From positions 1 through 64,000 of the IMG/VR virus record IMGVR_UViG_3300027779_002770: a stretch of 64,000 nucleotides of DNA. One strand, 5' to 3'. The notes beneath the pieces are model-generated. The model was not told the DNA's origin. It did not search any database and saw only the letters and a program-made list of their open reading frames with translations. This document shows, piece by piece, positions 29,822-38,704 of this stretch. A program made the translations under genes and the position numbers. Numbering within the stretch: the first letter of the stretch is position 1; the number at the start of each line of letters is the position of its first letter. The stretch comes from a virus.

Positions 29822-32800
29822 TTGTCATTAAAAAATATAACACCACCAGATAGATTCACCGGGTTACATTCACACACAACATTTAGTACATTCGATGCAA
29901 TAGGCTACCCATCAGATCATATTGATTTTATTACAAGTGATCCGCAAGGCGGCGATTCATGGGCAATTACTGATCATGGAAATGGTAACGGATTAGGCCA
30001 CGCAAATGCGCATGCCAATATAGTTAAAAAGTCTGGTAGAAAATATCGTCAGTTATACGGTGTTGAATTTTATTTTATACCCTCAATAAAAACTTGGCAG
30101 CAACAATATGAAGCACATCGTGCAACTGTTCAAGCAGAAAGAGATGCTAAAAAACAAGAGAAGCTAGCAAATACACCAGTTATTATTGATGCTGAAAAAG
30201 AAGTAGAGGCAGGCGGCCATGTGTTAGAGGACGAATCTGAAACAAAGGGCTCTGCAAAAGGTAAACCGGCTTGGAAGAGGTATCATCATCTAGTTGTTGT
30301 TGCAAAAAATAGGCAAGGATTAGCTAATCTATTTACACTTGTTAAGAAGTCTTATAAAGATGGATTCTATAGATTCCCTCGTATTGATTTTGAAATGCTT
30401 AAAGCACATGGTGATGGGCTAGTTGTATCAACAGCATGTGTTGGAGGCCTGGCATCGGGTATAATTTACAATGAGTTTCAAGATTTAACTTTTGATCAAT
30501 TCCATCCTGATCTATTAAATAATTCATTGAAATACAATACAATCATGAAAAGATTAACAAATATGACTGATTATTTTGTTGATTGCGTTGGGCCAGAGAA
30601 CTTCTTCCTAGAAATACAATTTAATAAATTAACAGCACAACAAATGACAAATCGTATGTTGCTTGATTTATCTAAAAATACAGGTATCAAATTAGTTGCA
30701 ACTGCTGATTCACATTATCCATCACCTGATGTTTGGGAGGCAAGAGAACTTTATAAAAAATTAGGTTGGTTTAGCAACGATCCTAAAAAGATGATACTCC
30801 CAAAAGAAGAAGAACTAAAGTGCTTATTATACCCTAAAAATGCACAACAGATGTGGTCTGAATTTACAGAAAATTATAATGAATATGATTTTTATAAAGG
30901 TCATGAAACTGAAGTTCGCGATGCGATAAATAGAACACATGATATTGCGTGGGATCTATGTGAAGATACATGGATTGATCAATCAGCAAAGCTACCAATT
31001 CACGGAACAACAGAAAAACCTGCATTTAATATGCTTGTTGATTTAGCTAGAGAGGGCTTGATCCGTGAAGGCTTAGATAAAAAACAGGAATATATTGATC
31101 GTACAAAAAAAGAGTTAGCAGATATAAAGACACTTGGTCATGAATCATATTTTATAACAATGTATCAGATCTTTGACAAGTCTTCCAAGCGGACATTATT
31201 GGGCCCCGGTCGTGGTTCAGGCGCAGGTAGTCTTGTAAACTTCTTATTAGGAATAACTCAGCTTGATCCACTTGAATATGGCTTATTATGGGAAAGATTT
31301 TTAGGACCGCATAAAGTATCCTGGCCAGATATTGATACTGATGCAGGTGATCGCGATGTCCTAATTGAGGTATCAAAAGAGCTGTATGGCGAAGAATCAG
31401 TTATTCCTGTATCAAATTTCAATACACTAAAATTAAAATCACTTCTTAAAGATGTATCAAAGTTTTATGGCGTACCATTTGCAGAAGTAAACAATCTTTC
31501 AAACGGACTCCAGGAAGAAGTCATGCCTTTTGCACGTGGTGATAATGAAGAAAAATCAATGTTCATGCTTAAACATGAAGATTGTATGGAACATTCCAAA
31601 CGTTACAAAGATTTTATGGAAAAATATCCTAATGTTGCAAGACAAATCAGTTCTTTATTTTTACAAAATAGAAGTATTGGACGACATGCAGGCGGTGTTA
31701 TAATAGCACCTGAAAAAGATCTCACAAGCTGTATGCCTATTATATCAGTTAGAGGTGAATTACAAACACCGTGGTCTGAAGGCATGAATGTTAGAAATTT
31801 AGAACCTAATGGATTCCTTAAATTTGATTTCTTAGGTTTAACATTGTTACGAGATGTAGAAAATTGTATTAGACGTATTCTTAAAAAACAAGGTAATTCT
31901 GATCCAACATTTTTAGAAGTAAAAGAGTTCTTTGATAAAAAATTAAATTGTCGAAATGCAAAGATGGATGACCCAAAAGTCTGGAAACATGTGTATGAAG
32001 ATGGAAAGTTTACAGCAATCTTCCAGTTTACTGCAGATGGTGCAAGACGATTTTGTCTAGACGCAAAGCCAACCGACATTGAAACACTTGGAGCGATAAC
32101 AGCAATCTACAGACCTGGTCCGCTTAAAGCTAATGTACATCAAAAATTTGTTAAAAATAAACGACAAGCAGCGATGATAGACTATGATCATCCTTTAATT
32201 GAAAAAATATTAGGACCAACATTCAATAATATTGTATTTCAAGAACAGTTCATGTTGCTAGCACAAGATCTTTCAGGCTTTACATTAGGTGAGGCAGATA
32301 AGCTTAGGAAGACATTAGTTAAGATGTCACATGATTCTCTTAGCGGTAAGAAAAATGAAAGACAATTTGCAAAAGAGAAGTTTATTTCTGGTGCTAAGAA
32401 GCTTAATGGCATTGATGAAAAAATTACAACTGATTTGTGGGAAAAAATTGAAGCATTTTCTACGTATGGATTTAATAAATCACATGCAATTGCTTACGCA
32501 ATTGACTCTTACTATGGTGCATGGTTACACACATATTATGAAGTAGAATGGTTAGCAACAATACTTGATTCTGAAAATAATAATCCCAAAGGCTTAACAA
32601 AAACAATTTCTGAAATAAAATCTTATGGCTACCAAATTATTGATGCTGATATAAACTATTCTGGTATACAATGGGAATATTCAACTGAAATAGATGCATT
32701 TGTTCCTCCGCTATCTTCAATCAAAGGTGTAGGTGCTGCAGCAATGAATGAAGTTATGGGAGCTAGACCCTTTAGAAATATTAAAGAATTGTTATATGAT

Positions 32801-33457
32801 TCTGAAGGTAGCTGGAGATGGTCAAAGTTTAATAAGTCTGCAATTAAATCACTGTGTACTGTTGAGGCATTAGGCTCGATTGCGGAATTCAATAATGGAA
32901 CTTTAAATAATCATAATCAATTACTCCACGTGCTAACAGATGATAAAAATTATGAAACACTTAGAAAGCACATAAGCGGTTTAACAAAGACACAACGTCA
33001 GAAACTTGAAAAGCAAAATGAATACCCAACAGACTATATTGATGGATTATTTAGTAAATATGCAGATATTCCTGATTGGTCTAGAATGGAAAAGATCGAG
33101 AATTATGCTTCAATGACAGCAACAATAAAAAATGATCTTGTATTTCCGGAAGAAGTTATGGACCAAATTGGCTTACATAATGTAATATGTGCTTTTGATA
33201 TACCTGAAGGGACAAGGAAGCAAGGATGGTTTTCTGTTATTGAAAAGACTAAAAAGAAATCAAAAAATAATAGAGTTTTCTGGAGTCTAAAGATAATCGA
33301 TAATCAAAATAATACAGGCTGGTTACGTGTTTGGGGCGATTTTTACGAAGATAAAGAGCCAGGTAAATATACATTTTGTCTTGCTGATATTCACAATGAT
33401 TCACAATGGGGAATGTCAACAAATGCAGCAAAATTTAAAATAATACCTTTACAATAA
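29822..33457 (+). CDS. dnaE: DNA polymerase III alpha subunit (family C) with PHP domain
   Basis: HSHT, TDHG, ADSHY (PHP); GPGRGSGAGSL, PDIDTD, HAGG, KFDFLGL, YGFNKSHA. Confidence 0.96.
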   Translation: MSLKNITPPDRFTGLHSHTTFSTFDAIGYPSDHIDFITSDPQGGDSWAITDHGNGNGLGHANAHANIVKKSGRKYRQLYGVEFYFIPSIKTWQQQYEAHRATVQAERDAKKQEKLANTPVIIDAEKEVEAGGHVLEDESETKGSAKGKPAWKRYHHLVVVAKNRQGLANLFTLVKKSYKDGFYRFPRIDFEMLKAHGDGLVVSTACVGGLASGIIYNEFQDLTFDQFHPDLLNNSLKYNTIMKRLTNMTDYFVDCVGPENFFLEIQFNKLTAQQMTNRMLLDLSKNTGIKLVATADSHYPSPDVWEARELYKKLGWFSNDPKKMILPKEEELKCLLYPKNAQQMWSEFTENYNEYDFYKGHETEVRDAINRTHDIAWDLCEDTWIDQSAKLPIHGTTEKPAFNMLVDLAREGLIREGLDKKQEYIDRTKKELADIKTLGHESYFITMYQIFDKSSKRTLLGPGRGSGAGSLVNFLLGITQLDPLEYGLLWERFLGPHKVSWPDIDTDAGDRDVLIEVSKELYGEESVIPVSNFNTLKLKSLLKDVSKFYGVPFAEVNNLSNGLQEEVMPFARGDNEEKSMFMLKHEDCMEHSKRYKDFMEKYPNVARQISSLFLQNRSIGRHAGGVIIAPEKDLTSCMPIISVRGELQTPWSEGMNVRNLEPNGFLKFDFLGLTLLRDVENCIRRILKKQGNSDPTFLEVKEFFDKKLNCRNAKMDDPKVWKHVYEDGKFTAIFQFTADGARRFCLDAKPTDIETLGAITAIYRPGPLKANVHQKFVKNKRQAAMIDYDHPLIEKILGPTFNNIVFQEQFMLLAQDLSGFTLGEADKLRKTLVKMSHDSLSGKKNERQFAKEKFISGAKKLNGIDEKITTDLWEKIEAFSTYGFNKSHAIAYAIDSYYGAWLHTYYEVEWLATILDSENNNPKGLTKTISEIKSYGYQIIDADINYSGIQWEYSTEIDAFVPPLSSIKGVGAAAMNEVMGARPFRNIKELLYDSEGSWRWSKFNKSAIKSLCTVEALGSIAEFNNGTLNNHNQLLHVLTDDKNYETLRKHISGLTKTQRQKLEKQNEYPTDYIDGLFSKYADIPDWSRMEKIENYASMTATIKNDLVFPEEVMDQIGLHNVICAFDIPEGTRKQGWFSVIEKTKKKSKNNRVFWSLKIIDNQNNTGWLRVWGDFYEDKEPGKYTFCLADIHNDSQWGMSTNAAKFKIIPLQ

Positions 33458-33476
33458 CATGAAAAAGTATTAGATT
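33448..33476 (+). promoter_or_regulatory. sigma70-type promoter, probably leaderless transcript
   Basis: TTTACA-N17-TAGATT; ATG at 33482 only 5 nt after the -10; no SD. Confidence 0.7.
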
Positions 33477-33481
33477 CTATT

Positions 33482-34390
33482 ATGCTATTATTAAATAATA
33501 TTACACTTGAAGGTGCAGATTTGGCAGGAAAAACTACGCTAATGAAAAGACTTCACAAAGAGACAAAAAATAAATACAATATTATTGACAGATCTCTTAT
33601 GTCAGCGCTAGTTTATGCTAGGTTATATAAACGACCAAATATCTCACTTCTAGAAAAACAACTAAGAGATGATTTAAATAACTTAAATAATCGGACAATC
33701 GTATTAATGCCAGATTTAGAGTTATTAGGAGAGCGATACAATAAAAGAGGTGATGAGATTCAAAATTGGCATGGAATTATAAAGATAAGAGAAGCATACG
33801 AAGAAGTATTAAATATTTATGAATCATTTAGCACTGTCCATGTTGTTAGAAACTCATCTGAACTCCCATGGGAACCACATGATGAAGTATTGAAATATCT
33901 TGCGAATAGTGAGACTAGTGATATTCCTTATCAAGTTAGACAAAATGCTATTGCTTCTGATAATGAAGCATTTCCGGTAACATTTGAAGTTAATCTTAGC
34001 GCTAGTTTTATGACATCACATGCTGATGCATTAGAACATCAATCTGAAAAAGCTTATTATACAAAAATACTTTCTAAGATGTTGACAACAATTACAAAAG
34101 AAAATATTGGTGATAATCCTTACGGCAAACCACAAGATCCAAAAGCTACGAGACGATATATTTATGCAGATGATTCTTGTATAGCATTATTTCATATGAT
34201 GTATCGCAAAGATAGATTAAATTTCTATGCAACGTTAAGGTCATCAGATGTTGTAAATATATTTGAACACGATTATAAATTCTTATTGTATTTATGTGGT
34301 CAATGTGCAAAAGCCGTGGGAATAAAAGATTATGAAATACCAAAAGAAAATACGTTAACAATTACGCTACATTCAGCACACATAACATAA
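33482..34390 (+). CDS. fusion of dNMP (thymidylate-like) kinase and thymidylate-synthase-fold enzyme with dCMP-type Asp
   Basis: P-loop EGADLAGKTT and DRS in N-half; RR, catalytic Cys, RSSD, Asp at the Asn177-equivalent position and SAH in C-half. Confidence 0.8.
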   Translation: MLLLNNITLEGADLAGKTTLMKRLHKETKNKYNIIDRSLMSALVYARLYKRPNISLLEKQLRDDLNNLNNRTIVLMPDLELLGERYNKRGDEIQNWHGIIKIREAYEEVLNIYESFSTVHVVRNSSELPWEPHDEVLKYLANSETSDIPYQVRQNAIASDNEAFPVTFEVNLSASFMTSHADALEHQSEKAYYTKILSKMLTTITKENIGDNPYGKPQDPKATRRYIYADDSCIALFHMMYRKDRLNFYATLRSSDVVNIFEHDYKFLLYLCGQCAKAVGIKDYEIPKENTLTITLHSAHIT

Positions 34391-34824
34391 TGCCAAATTA
34401 TAACAAGTACTTTAAACAAATATTAAAAGAGACAGCTGCTATGTCAACATGTGCAAGGGTACAAGTTGGTTGTGTAATTGTAAGAGATGGAAGAATAATA
34501 TCAACAGGATGGAACGGTGTACCTGCTGGACAAGAGCATTGTAAAGATGAGTATGTATTTGGTGGTTTGCCAATTGAATCACATCACACATGGTCAACAA
34601 AGCATGAAGTTCATGCTGAGACAAACGCAATAGGCTATGCTGCGAAAAATGGGGTAGCTACACAAGGTGCAACAATTTACACGTCAGTCTCACCTTGTAT
34701 TGACTGCGCAAAATTAATAATAGCAGCAGGTATAAAGTGTGTTTATTATATAGACGAGTATGATAGAAGTAATACTGGAGAAGCATTTTTACGTAGAAAT
34801 AAAATAGGTTGTACAAAATTATGA
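34390..34824 (+). CDS. dCMP deaminase
   Basis: STCARVQVG, GWNG, HAETNA, SPCIDC. Confidence 0.93.
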   Translation: MPNYNKYFKQILKETAAMSTCARVQVGCVIVRDGRIISTGWNGVPAGQEHCKDEYVFGGLPIESHHTWSTKHEVHAETNAIGYAAKNGVATQGATIYTSVSPCIDCAKLIIAAGIKCVYYIDEYDRSNTGEAFLRRNKIGCTKL

Positions 34825-35231
34825 AAAGAATAAATAGAAATCTTTACAAGATAGAAGAAGATGATAGAGACAGTGCTGAAAGCAAGAACTGGAACAACAG
34901 CATAAATACTTTTATAGGTAATCTTTCTGAGATAGCAGCATGCAGTTATTTGGGAATTGACTGGTCAACAGCAGATAAAGCTACAGCTGATATTATCGAT
35001 GATGATGGGCTAAGGTATCAAGTAAAAGGGACAAAAGAAGGGTTCAATAAAAAAAGATACTGGCTAGAACAGGGTATAACTAAACAATTTGATAGGTACA
35101 TATTTGTTGTAGTTGATGAAGAAGAAAAGTTTGCTAAAATAGAAATGGATGTAGTTAAGCAAATACCACACCAAAACGTGCATGAAGTCACATTAAGTGG
35201 TAAAAGGCTTCAAGCTATATTTAGAAAATAG
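34821..35231 (+). CDS. PD-(D/E)XK restriction-endonuclease-like protein
   Basis: G..SE helix, ADI...QVK; ATGA overlap gives start 34821. Confidence 0.55.
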   Translation: MKRINRNLYKIEEDDRDSAESKNWNNSINTFIGNLSEIAACSYLGIDWSTADKATADIIDDDGLRYQVKGTKEGFNKKRYWLEQGITKQFDRYIFVVVDEEEKFAKIEMDVVKQIPHQNVHEVTLSGKRLQAIFRK

Positions 35232-35239
35232 GAGTTGTA

Positions 35240-35656
35240 ATGAGTATCAGAGAGAGTGATATGACAATAAAAAAGAGTTTAAAGAAGAATGCAAGAACGC
35301 AGGCTGGGAGACAGAAAAGTAATGCAGAATCAGTACTTAGACAAGCTTACCCTCAAATGATCAATGAATTTAGACAAATTCAAGAAGAACAATTTGATTT
35401 ATTTTGTAAAAAGCAGCATGATTACGGCCCAGGGAATATTTCAGTTGGAACACAATTACAGACAGAAGAAGAAATAAAATTATCTCTTACAGGATTATGG
35501 TTCAGAATTAATGACAAATGCCAGAGACTAAAAACTTTGTTAATGAACAACCGAGAAAGTGCAGTTAAAGATGAACCATTAGAAGATACATTTCTTGACA
35601 TTTCTAATTATGGAATTATGGCAACTATTGTCAGTAGAGGGAAGTGGGGTAAATAA
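35240..35656 (+). CDS. nucleotide-modification-associated domain 1 (DUF1599-like) protein
   Basis: KKQHDYG, RINDK..RL, EDTFLDISNYGIM. Confidence 0.82.
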   Translation: MSIRESDMTIKKSLKKNARTQAGRQKSNAESVLRQAYPQMINEFRQIQEEQFDLFCKKQHDYGPGNISVGTQLQTEEEIKLSLTGLWFRINDKCQRLKTLLMNNRESAVKDEPLEDTFLDISNYGIMATIVSRGKWGK

Positions 35657-35659
35657 CTA

Positions 35660-36523
35660 ATGGGAAGAATTAGCTGGTCGCAAGTCCAAACATATACACA
35701 GTGTCCTTATAAGTGGAAGTTAAATTATATTGATGGGCACAAAACATTCACAGATTCAATATTTACAGTGTATGGTAAGGCACTTCACGATACACTACAA
35801 ACATACTTAACAAAAATGTATTCTGTGTCTATTAAAGAAGCTGACGAAATAGATTTGTCAAATATGGTCGTTGACAGGCTTAAGTATCATTATGGTGAAG
35901 GTGTTAAAAATGCAAATGGAGTTCATTTTTCTACACAATCACAACTAACTGAGTTTTGTATTCAAGGAGCAAAAGCACTTGATTGGTTTAAACGACATAG
36001 ATCTGATTATTTTAACAAGAAAGACTGGGAATTATTGGGTGTTGAGACACCGATAGAGACACATTATAAGACTGTAGACGTGCTGGGCTATATTGATGTA
36101 TTAATGAGAAATACAAAGACAGGTCGAATTAAGGTTATTGATATCAAGACATCAACTAGAGGCTGGAAAAAAGAAAAGACAGACCAAATGAAGCGAGGCC
36201 AACTTTTATTTTATAAAAAATTCACAGCTGAAAAATATAATGTCGATATTTCAATGGTAGATGTAGAATTCATTATCGTAAAACGAATGGTGTGGGAAAA
36301 TTCAGACTTTCCAGTAAAATATATTCAAAGATTTGAGCCACCGTCTGCAGGTGTATCAATTAATAGAATTTTTGATAAAGTTGACCTATTTATTAGTGAA
36401 TGTTTTAATAAAGATGGAAGTTACAAGGTAGAAACAAAGTATGAAAAACTTGGCGTACAAAATAAATGTAAGTGGTGTGAATTTGCGGACAAGCCAGCAC
36501 TATGCGATAAGGGCAAATCATGA
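35660..36523 (+). CDS. PD-(D/E)XK Cas4/RecB-like exonuclease
   Basis: SWS...CPYKW, GYIDVL, IDIKTS, C-terminal CKWC...C. Confidence 0.88.
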   Translation: MGRISWSQVQTYTQCPYKWKLNYIDGHKTFTDSIFTVYGKALHDTLQTYLTKMYSVSIKEADEIDLSNMVVDRLKYHYGEGVKNANGVHFSTQSQLTEFCIQGAKALDWFKRHRSDYFNKKDWELLGVETPIETHYKTVDVLGYIDVLMRNTKTGRIKVIDIKTSTRGWKKEKTDQMKRGQLLFYKKFTAEKYNVDISMVDVEFIIVKRMVWENSDFPVKYIQRFEPPSAGVSINRIFDKVDLFISECFNKDGSYKVETKYEKLGVQNKCKWCEFADKPALCDKGKS

Positions 36524-36948
36524 TACCAACTGTTAGAATACCAGCAAATTTTATAATGTCTGAATATAGAGATCCAGTTTGGAAATATATTTCTAATACA
36601 ATTGATGAAACTAAAGACTTTATACTGTGTATTTATTGTGACACTACACATGATATGGCAGAAGTTGCAAATTTTGTTGATAGCCATAGTGAAAAATTAA
36701 GAATAAAGACAACAATAAAGGTTTGGGATGTATGCAAACAAGAAAGAGTGTTCTTGGATGTACCAAATGGCAACAAAACAGACGCTAGATTTGTTGTAGG
36801 ACGACATAATGTTGATGGAATTATAGCAGCTATGGTTTTTTTAAGAAGTCATTTTGAATTTCTTAGTCGCGAGAAAACAGGACATCCTGTTATAAAACAT
36901 CAAAAAAGGAACGATTCAAAGAATTATGATGGTATATATAAAAAGTAA
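36520..36948 (+). CDS. hypothetical protein
   Basis: ATGA-coupled ORF. Confidence 0.6.
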   Translation: MIPTVRIPANFIMSEYRDPVWKYISNTIDETKDFILCIYCDTTHDMAEVANFVDSHSEKLRIKTTIKVWDVCKQERVFLDVPNGNKTDARFVVGRHNVDGIIAAMVFLRSHFEFLSREKTGHPVIKHQKRNDSKNYDGIYKK

Positions 36949-36966
36949 TTTTTTATCTCATTTCTT

Positions 36967-37000
36967 GATATATATTAAAAATAGATATATATTAAAAATA
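36967..37000 (+). repeat. perfect 17-bp tandem duplication GATATATATTAAAAATA x2 (duplicated promoter-like motif)
   Basis: read directly at 36967-36983 and 36984-37000. Confidence 0.85.
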
Positions 37001-37009
37001 AAGGATGTT

Positions 37010-37225
37010 ATGATGATAAAACAAACACATGATTTTTGGAAATTGACATCGATTAAAGTGCTAGTAGAACTATACACGGACTTTCGAAAAAGCAGTAAAT
37101 CAGAGAATATGACACTACAAAAACTAGTTAATAGATCAATGTATCTTTTTCTAAACGATCCAGATTTTAAAAGTACTATAAAAGATGTTAATGAATTAAA
37201 AGAAAACTATAAAAAAGGTTATTAA
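37010..37225 (+). CDS. small ribbon-helix-helix-like DNA-binding protein
   Basis: LTSIKV strand then helices (TLQKLVNRSMYLF); AAGGA SD supports start 37010. Confidence 0.55.
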   Translation: MMIKQTHDFWKLTSIKVLVELYTDFRKSSKSENMTLQKLVNRSMYLFLNDPDFKSTIKDVNELKENYKKGY

Positions 37226-38704
37226 ATGCTTAAGCTAGGTGACGTTCGTAATGGATACGAAGTTCTCCCGCATAACAAAAGAAAAACAGTCCTGCTATTA
37301 AGTGACGATTTAAGAATGACGTCAGGTGTCGGGAATATGTCAAGAGAATTTGTTATGGGAACTTTGCATCAAATTAATTGGATTCAAATTGGTGGTGCAA
37401 TAAACCATCCAGACGCTGATAAGGCGATAGACATGAATGAAGATGTGCAAAAAAGAACTGGAATTGAAGACGCATATTTAAAAATACATCCAGTAAATGG
37501 TTATGGAAACCAAGAGATTGTTCGACAATGTCTAAATTTTTATAAACCTGATGCAATCATGATCTATACAGATCCAAGATTCTGGGGATGGTTGTTCCAA
37601 ATGGAAAATGAAATACGTCAAAATCTGCCTATTTTTTATTACAATATATGGGATGATCTTCCGTACCCGATGTGGAACCAAAAATATTATGATTCTGTAG
37701 ATGCATTATTTAATATATCACGACAAAGTGTTAATATTGTAAAGCAAGTAAGATCATCATACGAAGATTGGCAAGCAACATACATTCCGCATGGTATCAA
37801 TGAAGATGATTTTTTTCCATTACCTAAGAAATATGAGAAACAAAAAGAATACGAAGAATTTAAAAAAGATGCATTGCAACACAGTAAAAAAGATTTTGTA
37901 CTTTTCTATAATGCTAGAAATATTAGAAGGAAATTACCAGCAGATATTGTTTATGCGTATAGAACATTTTGTGATTCTATTCCAAAAGAAGATGCTGCTA
38001 GGTGTTTATTATTAATGCATTGTGCACCAGCAGATGAAAATGGAACTGATCTTCCTGAAGTTGTAGCAAATTTATGCCCTGATTATTCTGTTGGCTTCTC
38101 TTCCGGAAAGCTTGAAAGAGAACAAATGAATTGGTTATATAATTTATCAGATTGTTCGATACTAATAAGTTCTAATGAAGGATTTGGCTTAATGGGTGCA
38201 GAATCATTAATTACTGGCACGCCATTAATTGTAAATGTTTCAGGCGGAATGCAAGATTATTGTGGATTTAAAAAAGAAAACGGAGAGTATCTAACAGTTG
38301 ATGATTACACTCTAGAGTGGGGATCAAATCATGATGGACGATATAAGGATCACGGTGAGTGGGTATTTCCTGTATATCCAATGTCGCGATCAATTCAGGG
38401 CTCAATACCAACTCCATATATTTCTGATGATAGACCTGATTGGCAAGATGTTGCAATACAAATTAAAAAAGCATGGTCTATGAGAGGTAAGAAATTACAA
38501 GAAGCAGGTATGAAAGGAAGAGAATTTATTCTTGATCCGGAAATAGGAATGACATCATCAGAAATGTGTAGAAGGTTTGTACATGATATGCATCAAGTAT
38601 GGGAAAACTGGAAACCAAGAGCAAGAATGACAATAGATAATGCTACATTATGGAATCCAAGAAAGATAAAATTTAACGGTCTAACATTAAACAAGGAGAT
38701 ATAA
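37226..38704 (+). CDS. glycosyltransferase family 4 (GT-B)
   Basis: SGVG, RNIRRK, SSNEGFGLMGAES. Confidence 0.9.
   Translation: MLKLGDVRNGYEVLPHNKRKTVLLLSDDLRMTSGVGNMSREFVMGTLHQINWIQIGGAINHPDADKAIDMNEDVQKRTGIEDAYLKIHPVNGYGNQEIVRQCLNFYKPDAIMIYTDPRFWGWLFQMENEIRQNLPIFYYNIWDDLPYPMWNQKYYDSVDALFNISRQSVNIVKQVRSSYEDWQATYIPHGINEDDFFPLPKKYEKQKEYEEFKKDALQHSKKDFVLFYNARNIRRKLPADIVYAYRTFCDSIPKEDAARCLLLMHCAPADENGTDLPEVVANLCPDYSVGFSSGKLEREQMNWLYNLSDCSILISSNEGFGLMGAESLITGTPLIVNVSGGMQDYCGFKKENGEYLTVDDYTLEWGSNHDGRYKDHGEWVFPVYPMSRSIQGSIPTPYISDDRPDWQDVAIQIKKAWSMRGKKLQEAGMKGREFILDPEIGMTSSEMCRRFVHDMHQVWENWKPRARMTIDNATLWNPRKIKFNGLTLNKEI

Noticed and set aside
21906-33457. Inteins or introns in RecA, DnaB, NrdJ or DnaE
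   Set aside because: Protein lengths are normal and I saw no intein splice-junction or LAGLIDADG motifs
35660-36523. CRISPR-Cas system suggested by the Cas4-like nuclease
   Set aside because: No repeat-spacer array or other cas genes seen; solo Cas4-like nucleases are common in phages
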